Assembly: GCF_006345805.1 (NCBI RefSeq) | Contig: NC_043007.1 | Coordinates: 20,832,001-20,896,000 of the forward strand | Reading direction: 5' to 3' | DNA: 64,000 bases | DNA from: Octopus sinensis | Taxonomy: Eukaryota | Shown: positions 23,036-35,382 of the stretch, one piece after another | How the letters are laid out: each line of letters starts with the position of its first letter | How positions within the stretch are numbered: the stretch's first letter is position 1 | The notes under the pieces: generated by a model | Database searches by the model: none | Told to the model about the DNA's origin: nothing | What the model saw: the letters and a program-made list of their open reading frames with translations, nothing else | Translations under genes and position numbers: made by a program

Positions 23036-24866
23036 TTATTGTATACAGTGCTCAGGTGCACCATTGTTTTGCAATTCATGCATTTGTTATAGAGTGTAAT
23101 TATAAGACTGTTATAAATGTTAGTCATGGTTGTATTGTGTGTCGAACACCTATCACATCTCTCAATGAAATACGTATCTGATATCCTCTTCATGTTTAAG
23201 TGAATCTAACGGTTTTTTTTCTTTTTGTGTGTGTGTGGTCTTAAATTGTTTATAAACATCTTCCACGCTGCAAAAATACTTTTGTTTCAGCACACGATCT
23301 TAGATCAAGTCACTTGCTGTGCAAGTACATCTCCGAAATTATATTTTACTTTCACGAAAGTGAAACCGAATGTAAACAAGGACTGCTGCTTTGTGTGTGT
23401 GTGCGTGTGTTATGCACAAGACATTCAATCCTCACCGTTTTAATGAAGGAAAGTGTGTGTCGACTATAAATAGTTAATTAAAGGTTTCAAAAATGTGATG
23501 TATAAAAAGCTCCCAAAAAAGGATTTCTACTAGTTTTTTTTCTTCTTTTAATACAGTCTATGGTATTTATATAAAAAATTTCTCAGCACAAACACATTAT
23601 ACGTGCAAGATTCACACAAATAAATACATACGCACATCTCGAGAGCTGAATGTTGTGGGTCGTAATTAACAGCAACGAGCCTTATAAAAATAAAGAATTT
23701 TTGTATCAATCAATAACTATTTCCCCCCATCTTTCTCGCTAATACGACTAGTAATTTTATGAATATTGATACTTTCCCATTTAAGTATAAGCACACTACT
23801 TATGATTTATTTTTTAATTATTATTATTGTTATTATAAAATTAATCAGTGGCGTAATTAAGTACAGTAAACAGCTTGCACTACTGCTAATTAAGTGACCA
23901 TCATCATCTGTTTTGGGATTAAGGTTTTTTTTTTTTATTTCATTGTTCAATCGGCTAGAAATAACAACCAAATCTCTATCAAATTACAGTCAGATAGCCA
24001 TACAAGAACGGGATGGTCACGGTTAGAATCCTTTTTCTGCGCAAAGATTAAATTACTCCACAGGGGAAGTGTCAATATTCATAAAAAGAACACAGTAAAA
24101 ACGATCAACAAAATATGTAGTGCGATTGTAGGACAGGCAAAACACCATGGGAAAGACAAATGATGTCCTGAACAAATACCCACAATTAAAGTGCAAAGAA
24201 AAGAGATGAAACCCTTTTTTGTAACCCTTGGGCTATAGATTTTCGACATCCATTCAGGTTTTTTAAAAATATTTTTCGAGCAAAACGAAAGTAACGTAAT
24301 ATGTATTCATTAAAGAAAGAATACTATAATATTTAGTAATCTTTCACTTTCTGTAATTATACAAAAGTAAAATCAAATAATTAATAAATTAATCACTAAG
24401 TGCTCTAATGAATATTCTTAATCATCTTAATTATAGAGTGTGTTTTTTTTTTCAAATAACCGAAGGGATGTCCAACTTTACATTCAAAACAATTTTTGTG
24501 GAGAGAGATAGCCCTGCACACTTGCTGCGCTATATATATATATAGGTACTACTAGCGAACAGTGGTCCCGGTGCGCGCACCTGTATATATATATTATATT
24601 ATATTAAATTACCATTGACTGTTAATTATATAGTTTTGGAATGTTTTAAGTGAAAACATGTGAAGACTAGAAGATCGTCCTTCCACCGATATGTTTTTTT
24701 TTTTGTTGTTTTATGCCTCTTTAATTTCTTTTCTTTTTTTATAATTCCGTAAATGAACTTAGGTGGAATTTTGGGTTTTTGTTTACATATTTCACGATCG
24801 TTTTATATTTAGTTGTTGATTCAAAAGAGGGTCTTCTCGTGCTTATTTTACAGGTATTTCGAAATC

Positions 24867-25373
24867 TCAGAAACCGTCTCCATAACAGCTCGTGAAAGCA
24901 ACCACAACGATAACAACCACAACTGCCACGGTGGTGGTGAGGACACCCATCACGAAGAAGAAAAACTTCTGCATGCTCAGCATCCTCACATAAGCCGAAT
25001 CATAATGGTCCACGAACACAAGTAGTACTCCCATGACAAACATTAGGCTAAAAAAACAATTCCAGCTACAAAAATGAGATATTTTCTCTGGCAAACTTTT
25101 GTCCTTGAAATCTGAGTTTTTCGATTTGTCGTTCTCAGAATCCAGCGACTCTTTTTCTTTATCGGCCGTATCGAATTCACTCTGGCCCAAATCTTCATTG
25201 ATGTCGTAATCGGCAAAAGCATTAGGATTGCTTTCTTCATCGATGGAAAAAGTGTTTTCTTCGGGTTCACTCCCAAAATCTTCATAAAAATCCGAGCGGC
25301 CATACTGAGATCCATACCCGATCGGGTTTCGTTGGTGAAGATAAGGGTGGTACTGATCTGTCATAAAATCCAT
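24867..25373 (-). CDS. Uncharacterised membrane protein: acidic N-terminal region plus two C-terminal hydrophobic segments (168 aa from the ATG)
   Basis: ATG at 25373 (the track start at 25418 is a TTG). Acceptor ttaccattacag| at 25386, in frame, so an upstream coding exon is possible. D/E/S-rich region, then WNCFFSLMFVMGVLLVFV and FFFFVMGVLTTTVAVVVVIVVVAF. Confidence 0.7.
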   Translation of the reverse strand: MDFMTDQYHPYLHQRNPIGYGSQYGRSDFYEDFGSEPEENTFSIDEESNPNAFADYDINEDLGQSEFDTADKEKESLDSENDKSKNSDFKDKSLPEKISHFCSWNCFFSLMFVMGVLLVFVDHYDSAYVRMLSMQKFFFFVMGVLTTTVAVVVVIVVVAFTSCYGDGF

Positions 25374-25959
25374 CTCGATCTGTGGCTGTAATGGTAAAAG
25401 GTTTGATTCAAATATCAAACAATTAGCAATTCAAAATGTTTGTGTCAGAGATATAAACCGTGTTATTATGATGTTTACGGTGTCTTGAAATACGTCTCTT
25501 CTTTTAGATATGACCGTTTAACCCCCTACCTCTCTTGCTTTCCCTGTTTCGAAATTTCCTCAATTTCATCAATAAATATTGACATATTAAAATTTATATA
25601 CCGTTTCCATTTATGAATCACACCTCAAATTATATGTAAATGTTTACATTTGCTAAATGAAACTGCTAGGAAACTATATCAAAGGCTGTTGATTTCTATT
25701 GATTTAGAATCGGGGATTATATTTCTTGCTTAGAATTCGATATGCCGAGGAAATAATTTATCGAAGCTTCCAGCAGATTAAATAAATAAGTTGAATGAAA
25801 TTATCTCTTTATGTGCAACATCAGAAACTAAGGCGATGTTTTTATGAGTTCTGATAAATCTTGTTTTTTTTTTGTTTTTTTTTTGGTTTTTGGTTTTTCC
25901 CATCGCCAATCTCCGACTTCGCTTGTCTCTGCGGCCCCTTCCATCTGTCCTTCTGCAAC

Positions 25960-26300
25960 GGCACTTGCGCTGGTTTGGCCATGCAAATACCATGTAGGCG
26001 TCCGATGGGTGAACTGAGCCGTGATGTCCTTCTCCCAACTCCACTTCCCAACTGGCGGAAACGCGCGGGCGGACAGCTGAAGACCTGGGTTACGACGATC
26101 GAGGAGGACCTCCCCGTGCTCACGGGACCACAGGTGGTCGGCCTGCGTCGATGGAACCGTGACTGGCTCGCTATCTCCAAGGAACTGGCGCAGGACCGTC
26201 GTACGTAGGCAGCCATGGTTCGAGATGCCTCGAGGGTGGTAGAAGAAGCCGACTCAACCTGCCCAGGGTGAATGTCGCCACAAGTACATGTAAGTAAGTT
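25960..26300 (+). mobile_element. RTE-clade LINE 3' fragment, same family as 8316-8690
   Basis: GELSRDVLLPTPLPNWRKRAGGQLKTWVTTIEEDL...AQDRRT* with a caagtacatgtaagtaagt tail. Confidence 0.85.
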
Positions 26301-26358
26301 GTGTGAGGCCCTGGTCAAACCTTATCGGGCAAACTTTACAGTACGATGGCAATCATTA

Positions 26359-26742
26359 GGCGCAGGAGTGGCTGTGTGGTAAGTAGCTAGTTTACCAACC
26401 ACATGGTTCCGGGTTCAGTCCCACTGCTTGGCACCTTGGGCAAGTGTCTTCTACTATAGCCTCGGGCCAACCAAAGCCTTGTGAGTGGATTTGGTAGACG
26501 GAAACTGAAAGAAGCCCGTCGTATATATGTATATATATGCGTGTCTGTGTTTGTCCCCCTAGCATTGCTTGACAACCGATGCTGGTGTGTTTATGTCCCC
26601 GTTACATAGCGGTTCGGCAAACGAGACCGATAGAATAAGTACTGAGCTTACAAAAGAATAAGTCCCGGGGTTGAGTTGCTCGATTAATGGCGGTGCTCCA
26701 GCATGGCCGCAGTCAAATGACTGAAACAAGTAAAAGAGTATT
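26359..26742 (+). mobile_element. SINE family A (tRNA-derived head, internal (TA)/(TG) tract, AAAAGAGT tail), representative copy
   Basis: A box TGGCTGTGTGG and B box GGTTCAGTCCC. Other copies at about 2226-2731+, 6896-7327+, 9275-9690+, 10085-10460+, 19380-19695+, 21425-21630-, 27157-27545+, 31185-31625-, 31692-32072+, 51185-51556-, 59085-59340-, 60965-61366-. Octopus tRNA-SINE families (OK/OR1/OR2) are known, but I cannot assign the name. Confidence 0.85.
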
Positions 26743-27559
26743 AGTTAATCTACGTTTAATATGCGATCCACAGATCCAGCGCTTCAGATATATGATACCT
26801 CTGTTTAATTAAGGACCCCGGCATGTAATAATTTATCATGGGGTGCAGTGTGAGAATCCGAGTACGCCTTCCCTAATCTATTCATGTTTACCTGCAGGTT
26901 TTAGTGATGGTCACAATAGATGCGAACTACATAGACACGGTTGAGCCACCACGCGGTCACGCCCTGCTAGAATTAGCAGCCAAATCTATGTCAGGCTATT
27001 GCAAACAACAACCTGTCCACTTAGAAAGAGAAAAACCAATTTGGAGAATTTCATAGCTGTACTTTTATATATACAAGGGACAAATGAAAAGTTTTTATAA
27101 CCAACAGAGATAATAACTATATATATAACATGTATGAGTATGATACATATATAATAGGCGTGGTAAGTAGCTTGCTTAGCAACCACATGGTTCCGGGTTC
27201 AGTCCCACTGCGTGGCACCTTGGGCAAGTGTCTTCTACTATAACCTCAGGCCGACCAAAGCTTTGTCAGTGGATTTGGTAGACGGAAACTGAAAGAAGCC
27301 CATCGTATATATATATATATATGTGTGTTTGTGTATATGTTTGTGTGTCTGTGTTTGTCCTCCCAACATCGCTTGACAACCGATGCTGGTGTGTTCACGT
27401 CCCTGTAACTTAGCGGATCGGCAAAAGAGACTGATAGAATAAGTACTAGGCTTCCAAAGAATAAGTCTTGGGGTAGATTTGCTCAATTAAAGGTGGTACT
27501 CCAGCATGGCCGCAGTCAAGTGACTGAAACAAGGAAAAGAGTAAAATTGTAATACAAAA

Positions 27560-28830
27560 CCACATTATAAAACAAATACAAAACTGAAGAAAGCACAAAC
27601 ATGAGCGTAGAAAGAAGGAAAAAAAAGGAGGAAGAAAGGGAAAAAAAAACCATTAATTCAACACCAAGTGTCTCAGTTGGTTGCACACCACAAGGTTCTA
27701 AGGAACCTACTGAAGCAAGCCAACACACTCAGGGTATTGCTGCAGGCAATGGCAAGGCTAAAGCATAGGAACAGCCAAACACCCCTAAGGACATCAGCTG
27801 ATGCCTCGGTAAGGCGAGCCTCCAATGATGTCAAGAACTTCACCATTAGGGGCCCAGCCCCTCTAAACTTCCCAAACACCACAGGCTGGAAGAAATGTTT
27901 CACTGACAAGTCATGATGCTTAAGGATTTTGTTCCTTTCAGTTACAGAAGCAGTGACCCTCCCATTTACTGCAGCATGCAGGATTTGGGAGGGAGCAAAG
28001 GAGCCACACACTATGATGTCTCAGATGAGGCACCTGCCTCTTACCCAGAGACAAAGGGTAAGACCATCTGGTCTCTTACCATCACTTCTGGATAATCTTG
28101 CTGGCTCCAGAACTGAGGGCATATTAACCCAAGCCAGGGCTTGCTTAATGATAAAGTTTAGCTCGATGTGACGAGTGACATAACCAGCATTTAGGCAGCA
28201 GACTGACTGTGAAAACCTGTAGAGTCAAGGGACCTATTTCTTTACTACCCACAAGGGGCTAAACACAGAGGGGACAAACAAGGACAGACAAATGGATTAA
28301 GTCAATTATATCAACCCCAGTGCATAACTGGTACTTATTTAATCAACCCCGAAAGGATGAAAGGCAAAGCCGACCTCGGCGGAATTTGAACTCAGAACAT
28401 AGCAGCAGATGAAATACCTATTTCTTTACTACCTACAAGGGGCTAAACACAGAGAGGATAAACAAGGACAAACGGATTAAATCGATTATATCGACCCCAG
28501 TGCATAACTGGTACTTATTTAATCGACCCTGATAGGATGAAAGGCAAAGTCGACCTCGGCGGAATTTGAACTCAGAACGTAGTGGCAGACGAAATACCAC
28601 AAAGCATTTTGCCCAGTGTGCTAACGTTTCTGCCAGCTTGCCGCCTTTATTGGAGTCAAGAAACCTTCCACAGTAACATCTCAGTCCCCTACAGATGTTA
28701 GCTCCCACTCTGACTGTAGTAAAGATGCAGGGCTCATCTAGACTGAGGAAATCACCAATGCTGGCAACAGGCAGGGCACCAATCTAGTCCCCTGAGAACT
28801 TCACACTTGCAAAAAGTAGGCAACACCTTG
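27560..28830 (-). mobile_element. Second CRE-type element copy, interrupted by a CORE-SINE dimer
   Basis: The minus strand gives GANICRGLRCYCGRFLDS (to about 28655), then resumes after the SINE with the same RLE region (ERNKILKHHDLSVKHFFQPVVF...SLAIACSN). Pyrimidine-rich tail. Confidence 0.75.
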
Positions 28831-29043
28831 AAAATTGATGAGATTGCCATTTGTTAAATAACTTGAACCAAAGGATGTTGTTGAAGCTGAAATAATTTCA
28901 TCGTAGTAGAGTAATTATTTCCCTGTATTAACACACAAAACTGTTAAATGCATATTTCATTTATCTCTTTTACTAAAGGGTGTCTACTGTTAATTGTCAA
29001 AAAAGTTTCTTCGCACTTCATTGTAGACTACTAAGAAGAAATA

Positions 29044-29556
29044 CCGTAAATCCTCAAGTATAATCCGCATTTCCCCCCAAAATTTAAAGGTCAAAATCCC
29101 TAGTGCATACTATATACGAGGTTAATAATGAAAATTATTTTCTAAGCAATGTCCGAGTCTCTATTTGCTGTCCAGCAATGTTTTTATTCAGACGCATTTT
29201 GTGATGTCGGGCGTGAAAATACCTTAAGCTAAGCCTGAAAGCAATGAAGTCATAAAAGAATCATCCATAATTTGTAGTAAGCAACATTTATTAAATGTTA
29301 TTACTGTAATTTCTTTATTTTCTGCAAACAAAATGCACAAGAAAGCTTCATGTTTGCATTATGTTATATATACAATAATAATAAAGGACGTTATCGTATA
29401 CATTTTTACAAACCAAAGATGTTATATAGACCTCTTTGACTCAAGTTCGAGAAGGGGTGCGTATTACATACAAGGTTTAGGTTTTTCAGAGGTACAGTCC
29501 CCTAAAAATGCCCTGCACATTATACTCAAGGGCGGACTATACTAGAGGATTTATGG
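29044..29556. mobile_element. pogo/Tigger-like MITE
   Basis: TA|CCGTAAATCCTCAAGTATA ... TATACTAGAGGATTTATGG|TA. A smaller, more decayed Tigger-like MITE lies at about 18869-19087. Confidence 0.7.
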
Positions 29557-31392
29557 TAAATATTGAAAAATTTATCTCTGCTAGTGTTGTGGAAGGATTC
29601 CAACCATCCACCAAGTGACTAAAAGTGAGCTGACTCATTGTTATAAAATAGAGAATTGTGGTTGATTGGCAGTTCAGATTGATTAGCAGTTCACTGTGAG
29701 CCGTTGATTGAGAGCATTGAGTCTCATATAATAGTGGTTGTATTGTGCTGAGTAAATGCTTCCACCTACCCACCACTTCGTTAAATTATATACCCAACAC
29801 TAGGACATAAAAACTAGTCATAGAACTTTTATTCTAATAGCTTCTTTCCTTGAGTGGAAGCGCGTGGCTTAGTGGTTAGGGTGTCAGCATCATGATTGTA
29901 AGATTGTGGTTTCGATTCCTGGACCGGGTGATGCATTGTGTTCTTGAGCAAAACACTTCATTTCACGTTGCTCCAGTCCAAAAATGAGTAATGCTGCGAT
30001 GGACTGGCGTCCCATCCAGCTGGGGAACACATACACCATTGAAACCGGGAAACTGGGCCCACGAGCCTGGCTAGGCTTTAAAAAGGGCGCATTTATTTAT
30101 TTTTTTTCTTTCTTAGGACTGCTGCTCCCTGGAACTCACCACCATCCTTTTGTTTCCCTCTGGTTTATGATATTCTGTCTTTAAACTTTCTCTCAATTGA
30201 TAATTTTTGAATTTGTAAGCCCCTTCTTTTCCTTCTTTAAAGTCCCTTATGCTACAGTGGCCTCAAACTTTGTTTAGGACAAAATTGTATTTTAAAACAA
30301 ACTAGCAAAAAAAGAACAAGGGAAAAACAAGAAAGAGCAGGGGTGCCAGTTGAAGAGGAAGATCCACAGAACTAACAGGGGCTTTGAATTAAAAAGTTCT
30401 GAAGTGACACAATCAAAAGCTAGTACTCTGCAAGTAACAAGGACAGTTAGATCAAAACTTAAGAAACAATAGAGCTTCTCTTTTGAAATCATATCTTTTA
30501 CAAAAATTCATTAAATACAACAGAAGCAATATTAGATTAAATAGCTATCTATGTATCATACTTAATGTAAAGACATTGTGAAAATTTACTGCAATATTTG
30601 TCTGGAGATAGTATCTCTTATGGAACATGCTGTGTCTAAAATACAAACTATTTTGGTAGCAGATGAAAATCATCCTACAGCAGAATGTGAGAATGCTAAA
30701 TATGCATATGGATTTTGTCAGCAACACTGACACAATGGCAACTGTATGCTAAAGCAAAATCTGTAGCTATTAATATAGAAAAAACAGTGACTGGACAATC
30801 ACTGATGTTGCAATTAGTTGCTTAACTGAATAAAAACCCATTATATGCAACAGAAGCAGTACCTGTTTTAATATAATTTTTACCTAGTAGTGAAGGTACA
30901 TTTCCTAGTAATCAGGAAGTTTGACCTAAGGTCATAAGGTCAAGGGTTTAATTCTTGGACTGTGCAGTGGGTTGTGTTCTTGAGCAAGATACTTCATTTC
31001 ATGTTGCTCCAGTCAAGCAGTCTAGTCAGCAGTAACAAGAACCAGCTAGGGTGCTGGTGGAGCCTGCATTCCAGGTGTTACATTGAAGATGCTCCACTGT
31101 CTCAAGGGTGATGGGCCTGAAAGGATATCTATGTCAGCTCATGACTACAAAGCATCTAAAAAAATTACTCTTTACTCTCTCTCTTTTACTCTTTTACTTG
31201 TTTCAGTCATTTGACTGCAGCCATGCTGGAGCACCGCCTTTAATCGAGCAACTCGACCCTGGGACTTATTCTTTGTAAGCCTAGTACTTATTCTATCGGT
31301 CTCTTTTGCCGAACCGCTAAGTAACGGGGACATAAACACATCAGCATCGCTTGTCAAGCAATGCTAGGGGGACAAACACAGGCACACAAACG

Positions 31393-31463
<71 letters not shown>

Positions 31464-33062
31464 TACGACAGGCTTCTTTCAGTTTCCGTCTACCAAATCC
31501 ACTGACAAGGCTTTGGTCGGCCCGAGGCTATAGCAGAAGACACTTGCCCAAGGTGCCACGCAGTGGGACTGAACCTGGAACCATGTGGTTCGTAAGCAAG
31601 CTGCTTACCACACAGCAACTCCTGTGCCTATTAGTGAATGTATGGTACATGTTACTAAGCCATGCTCACTGATGATAAAATAATATAAATTAGGTGTAGG
31701 AGTGGCTGTGTGGTAAGTAGCTTGCTTACGAACCACATGGTTCCGGGTTCAGTCCTACTGCATGGCACCTTGGGCAAGTGTCTTCTACTGTAGCCTCGGA
31801 CCGACCAAAGCCTTGTGAGTGGATTTGGTAGACGGAAACTGAAAGAAGCCTGTCGTATATATGTGTTTGTGTGTCTGTGTTTGTGCCCCCAACGTCGCTT
31901 GTCAACCGATGCTGGTGTGTTTACGTCCCCGTAACTTAGCGGTTAGGCAAAAGAGACCGATAGAAAAAGTACTAGGCTTACAAAGAATAAGTCCTGGGGT
32001 CGATTTGTTCGACTAAAGGCGGTGCTCCAGCATGGCCACAGTCAAATGACTGAAGCAAGTAAAAGAGTAAAAAGAATAACTTAGCAATTTGACGAAAGAG
32101 AACGACAGAATAAATACCAGCCTGAAAAAATAAAATAAGTACTAGGGTCAATTCATTCAACTAAATATCCTTCAAGGTGGTGCCCCAGCATGGCCACACT
32201 CTTATGACGATTGAAGCAAGCAAAAGATAAAAGATAAAACTGATATGTCTGCCTTCTTAAGTGGTACAAATGAGTTACTTCCCCTGAAATATTATCATTA
32301 GGAAAAGAAGAGAAAGAAAGAAACAGAAAATAAAATGACGATAGAAAAATACGAAATAAAACAAAATTGAAACAGGTGGAAATTGTTAAATCGACAGGAA
32401 AAGGGAAAGGAGGTGAAAAAACTAGCAATGTGGTAAGGAGAAGGATGGTGCAAGAACAAGATGATATAAGATTATATAAAAAAGAACAAAAACGAAGGCA
32501 AAAAATAGTTAAGTGAATCACGCATATTCTAAGATATCTGCATGGATTTGATTGCAGTTAGATTTTCGCTCAGTTAGTCAAGTATGACCCAGTTACACAA
32601 CTGGGTCATAGTATCATTATTTGTGCAAGAAGCTTCAAGAATATGGAATTGTAAGGTTAAAATAATATCGAGAACTTGATTTGCTATATCAGTATTATAA
32701 AAAAATGTAGATTTAACAGTAACTTAATATTACTATCATATATATATATATATATATATATATCATCATCATTATCATCATCATTTAGCGTCCGCTTTCC
32801 ATGCTATCATGGGTTGGACGGTTCAACTGGGGTCTGGAAAGCCAGAAGCCTGCACCAGGCCCAGTCTGATCTGGCAATGTTTCTACGGCTGGATGCCCTT
32901 CCTAACGCCAACCACTCCGTGAGTGCAGTGGATGCTTTTTACGTGCCCCCGGCACGGAGGCCAGTCAAAGCGGCGCTGGCTACGGCCACGTTCGGATGGT
33001 TCTCTTACGTGCCACCGGCACTGGTATCACAGCTACAATTTCCATTGATGTTGATCGAAGCT

Positions 33063-33154
<92 letters not shown>

Positions 33155-33799
33155 TATATATATATATACATGTATGTAATATACATATATATATATCAAG
33201 TCAAGTGAAATCATCGTGGCCAATGCTGGTGTCATATCACTAGCACATGTGCCAGTGCCACTAAATGCAATATGCCATGCTTGAGAAGAGTCATCAGGCC
33301 AAATGAAATTGAAGTCATGGCAGATACTGTTACCAAGCAACTGGCACCTCCTGTGTCAGTGGCACATTAAAAGCACCTGTTAAACACTTGGAGTGGTTGG
33401 CATTAGGAAGAGTATCCAGCTGTAGAAACCATGCCATCAGATTGGATTCTGGTGCAGCCCCTCGGCTTGCCAGCCCTGGTCAAGCCATCCAACCCATGCC
33501 AGTATGGACAATGGGCATTAAATTATGATGATGATGTAACATATATGTATAGAGAGAGAGACACACATGTACACACAAATATATACATTCATACACACAT
33601 ACATACATACATATATATTCGTAAATGTTAATGTGTGTGTGTATATATATCTATATATATAAAGATGAGAATGTGTGTCTGTCTGTCTGTGTGAATCCCT
33701 AAAACTTGAGAACTAAACAACCAATTTCATTCAAATTTTACACGTGCCTTGCTTGGGGTCCATGTAGTTTCATGGGCAAAAAAATTTTTAAGTGAAAAA

Positions 33800-34470
33800 A
33801 TGTGGTAGACCAAATTGCATAACATGCCCAAACCTAGAAGGATCAGAATTCCTCTTCAAAGAGGGACAAAAATTCAAAATCAAATCTGACTTTACTTGTG
33901 CTTCAGAAAACCTGATTTATGTATTAAGATGCTCGGGCTGCCACCAAAACTACATAGGGTCCACGGGATTATCTTTCAGATGCAGATGCACTCTGCATCG
34001 ACAGCAGATTGCATTCCCAGAATACAGAATGATACCCTTTAGTGAACATATTGAGAAATGCGCAAAGCAACTGCTGTCACAATTTGTAATCTTTCCATTC
34101 TATCAATGTGCCATTGGAACACCAACACAAGTTAGATTAAATAAGGAAACCATCTTCATTGAAAAATATAAGCCAAAACTTAACTATTTCTAACATTTTT
34201 GAATAAGGAAACTCACCTCATTGAAAAAGATATGAAGCAAAACCTAACCACTTGTAACATTCTATTCCTTCTAAACCAGATCATGTTAAATTAATCAGGC
34301 ATAGTCATTCCCAACATGTTTGATTATCTCCCTTATAACGGAAAAATCCCTGATTACTTTCCCCTGCCTGGAACTCCATATTTCACAATATAGCGAAGAC
34401 ATGACAAGATATAGGTAAAGAAATTTGAAGAATTTGAAAAGAAAATACGAAACCGGTTATTTCTCCCAAA
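33800..34470 (+). mobile_element. Penelope-like element 3' fragment: GIY-YIG endonuclease plus decayed pLTR
   Basis: CGRPNCITC...FTCASENLIYVLRCSGCHQNYIGST...H...E...I....PKLN (LIY-YIG motif with the PLE Cys/His pattern). A decayed hammerhead with GAAACCGGTT lies at 34420-34463. Confidence 0.85.
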
Positions 34471-34538
34471 ACTATGTTACTATACGCAAAATTTTATACC
34501 AATTTTCTAACATAACGATTTAAATATATTCTTTAACC

Positions 34539-34542
<4 letters not shown>

Positions 34543-34589
<47 letters not shown>

Positions 34590-34905
34590 AATTATTGTAT
34601 ACAGTGCTCAGGTGCACCACAACTTGTCAGAAAGTGCATATAAAGTACATGTAGTAATGTAGAAATGTCTGGAAAGTGAACATGCTTGTGTGTGTATGGA
34701 GGGGAGAAAATCAAGTGTAGTGTTGGCGAATCTCAGGAAGCATGGAAGTCTTGAAGGATGCAGTGCTCCGACAACTAACAACCGATGCCGGCAGTTTGTT
34801 CCACGCTTCAGCAACTCTCAGCGTGAAAAAATGTTTCCTGAAGTTATGGGAGCTGTGCTGTTTTCTTACTTTGTAAATATGTCCACGGGTGTTAGATGGG
34901 TGTTA
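34543..34905 (-). mobile_element. CR1-clade LINE 3' end with (TTA)n tail
   Basis: The minus strand reads TRGHIYKVRKQ...RKHFFTLRVAEAWNKLPASVVSCRSTASFK. Related 3' ends occur at about 8230-8830 (split by RTE) and about 22985-23062. Confidence 0.8.
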
Positions 34906-34954
34906 TAACACAAGCCTTCTGTAGTTTTTTCCCTCTCTTTTGTCTTTTATATAT

Positions 34955-35161
34955 GTGACCGCGTGTGTACCTTTGGCGATCTTTTTTCCTCCGTCTTCCC
35001 TTCTCTGGATCTTTCCTTTTCCTATGTTTCTGACGAAGAGCTCCGCTCGAAACGTTAAACCCTCCTTCTTCCCTTCCTTCCTGAGCGTCCAATAATACTA
35101 TGTTTGTTCCACGTCCTCGCGTTGTTGTGTTTTCTCTTTGTGTTTCCATGTTTGGATAAAC

Positions 35162-35163
<2 letters not shown>
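34955..35163 (+). mobile_element. Non-autonomous hammerhead-bearing repeat (Penelope pLTR-like)
   Basis: About 210-bp unit. A second copy lies at 36169-36368 (core mutated to CAGACGA) and a 5'-truncated copy at about 49185-49290. All three end in a (TA)n tract. Confidence 0.6.
35026..35060 (+). ncRNA. Minimal type-I hammerhead ribozyme motif inside a Penelope-type repeat
   Basis: GTTT-CTGACGA-A-GAGC-tcc-GCTC-GAAAC-GTT-AAAC: stem I GTTT/AAAC, intact CUGANGA and GAAA cores, 4-bp stem II, and a palindromic loopless stem III (AACGTT), the form described for Penelope-like elements. Confidence 0.65.
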
Positions 35164-35196
<33 letters not shown>

Positions 35197-35204
35197 TATA
35201 TATA

Positions 35205-35267
<63 letters not shown>

Positions 35268-35382
35268 AATTTTTTAAAATCGAGGGAAATAAATTAATAT
35301 TAATTTTAATATCAATTTAAAACCAGTAGTCCAGCATTCAAAAAATCTGAGGAGTCAGAGAAAATTCAAATATATGTGTATA

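Noticed and set aside
30290-30760. Coding-like unique sequence with scattered Cys
   Set aside because: Interrupted in every frame and no recognisable motif; at most an old pseudogene or TE relic.
32290-32520. Purine-rich, K/E/R-rich coding-like stretch after a possible acceptor
   Set aside because: Stops in all three plus frames; the minus ORF is just its F/L/S-rich mirror.
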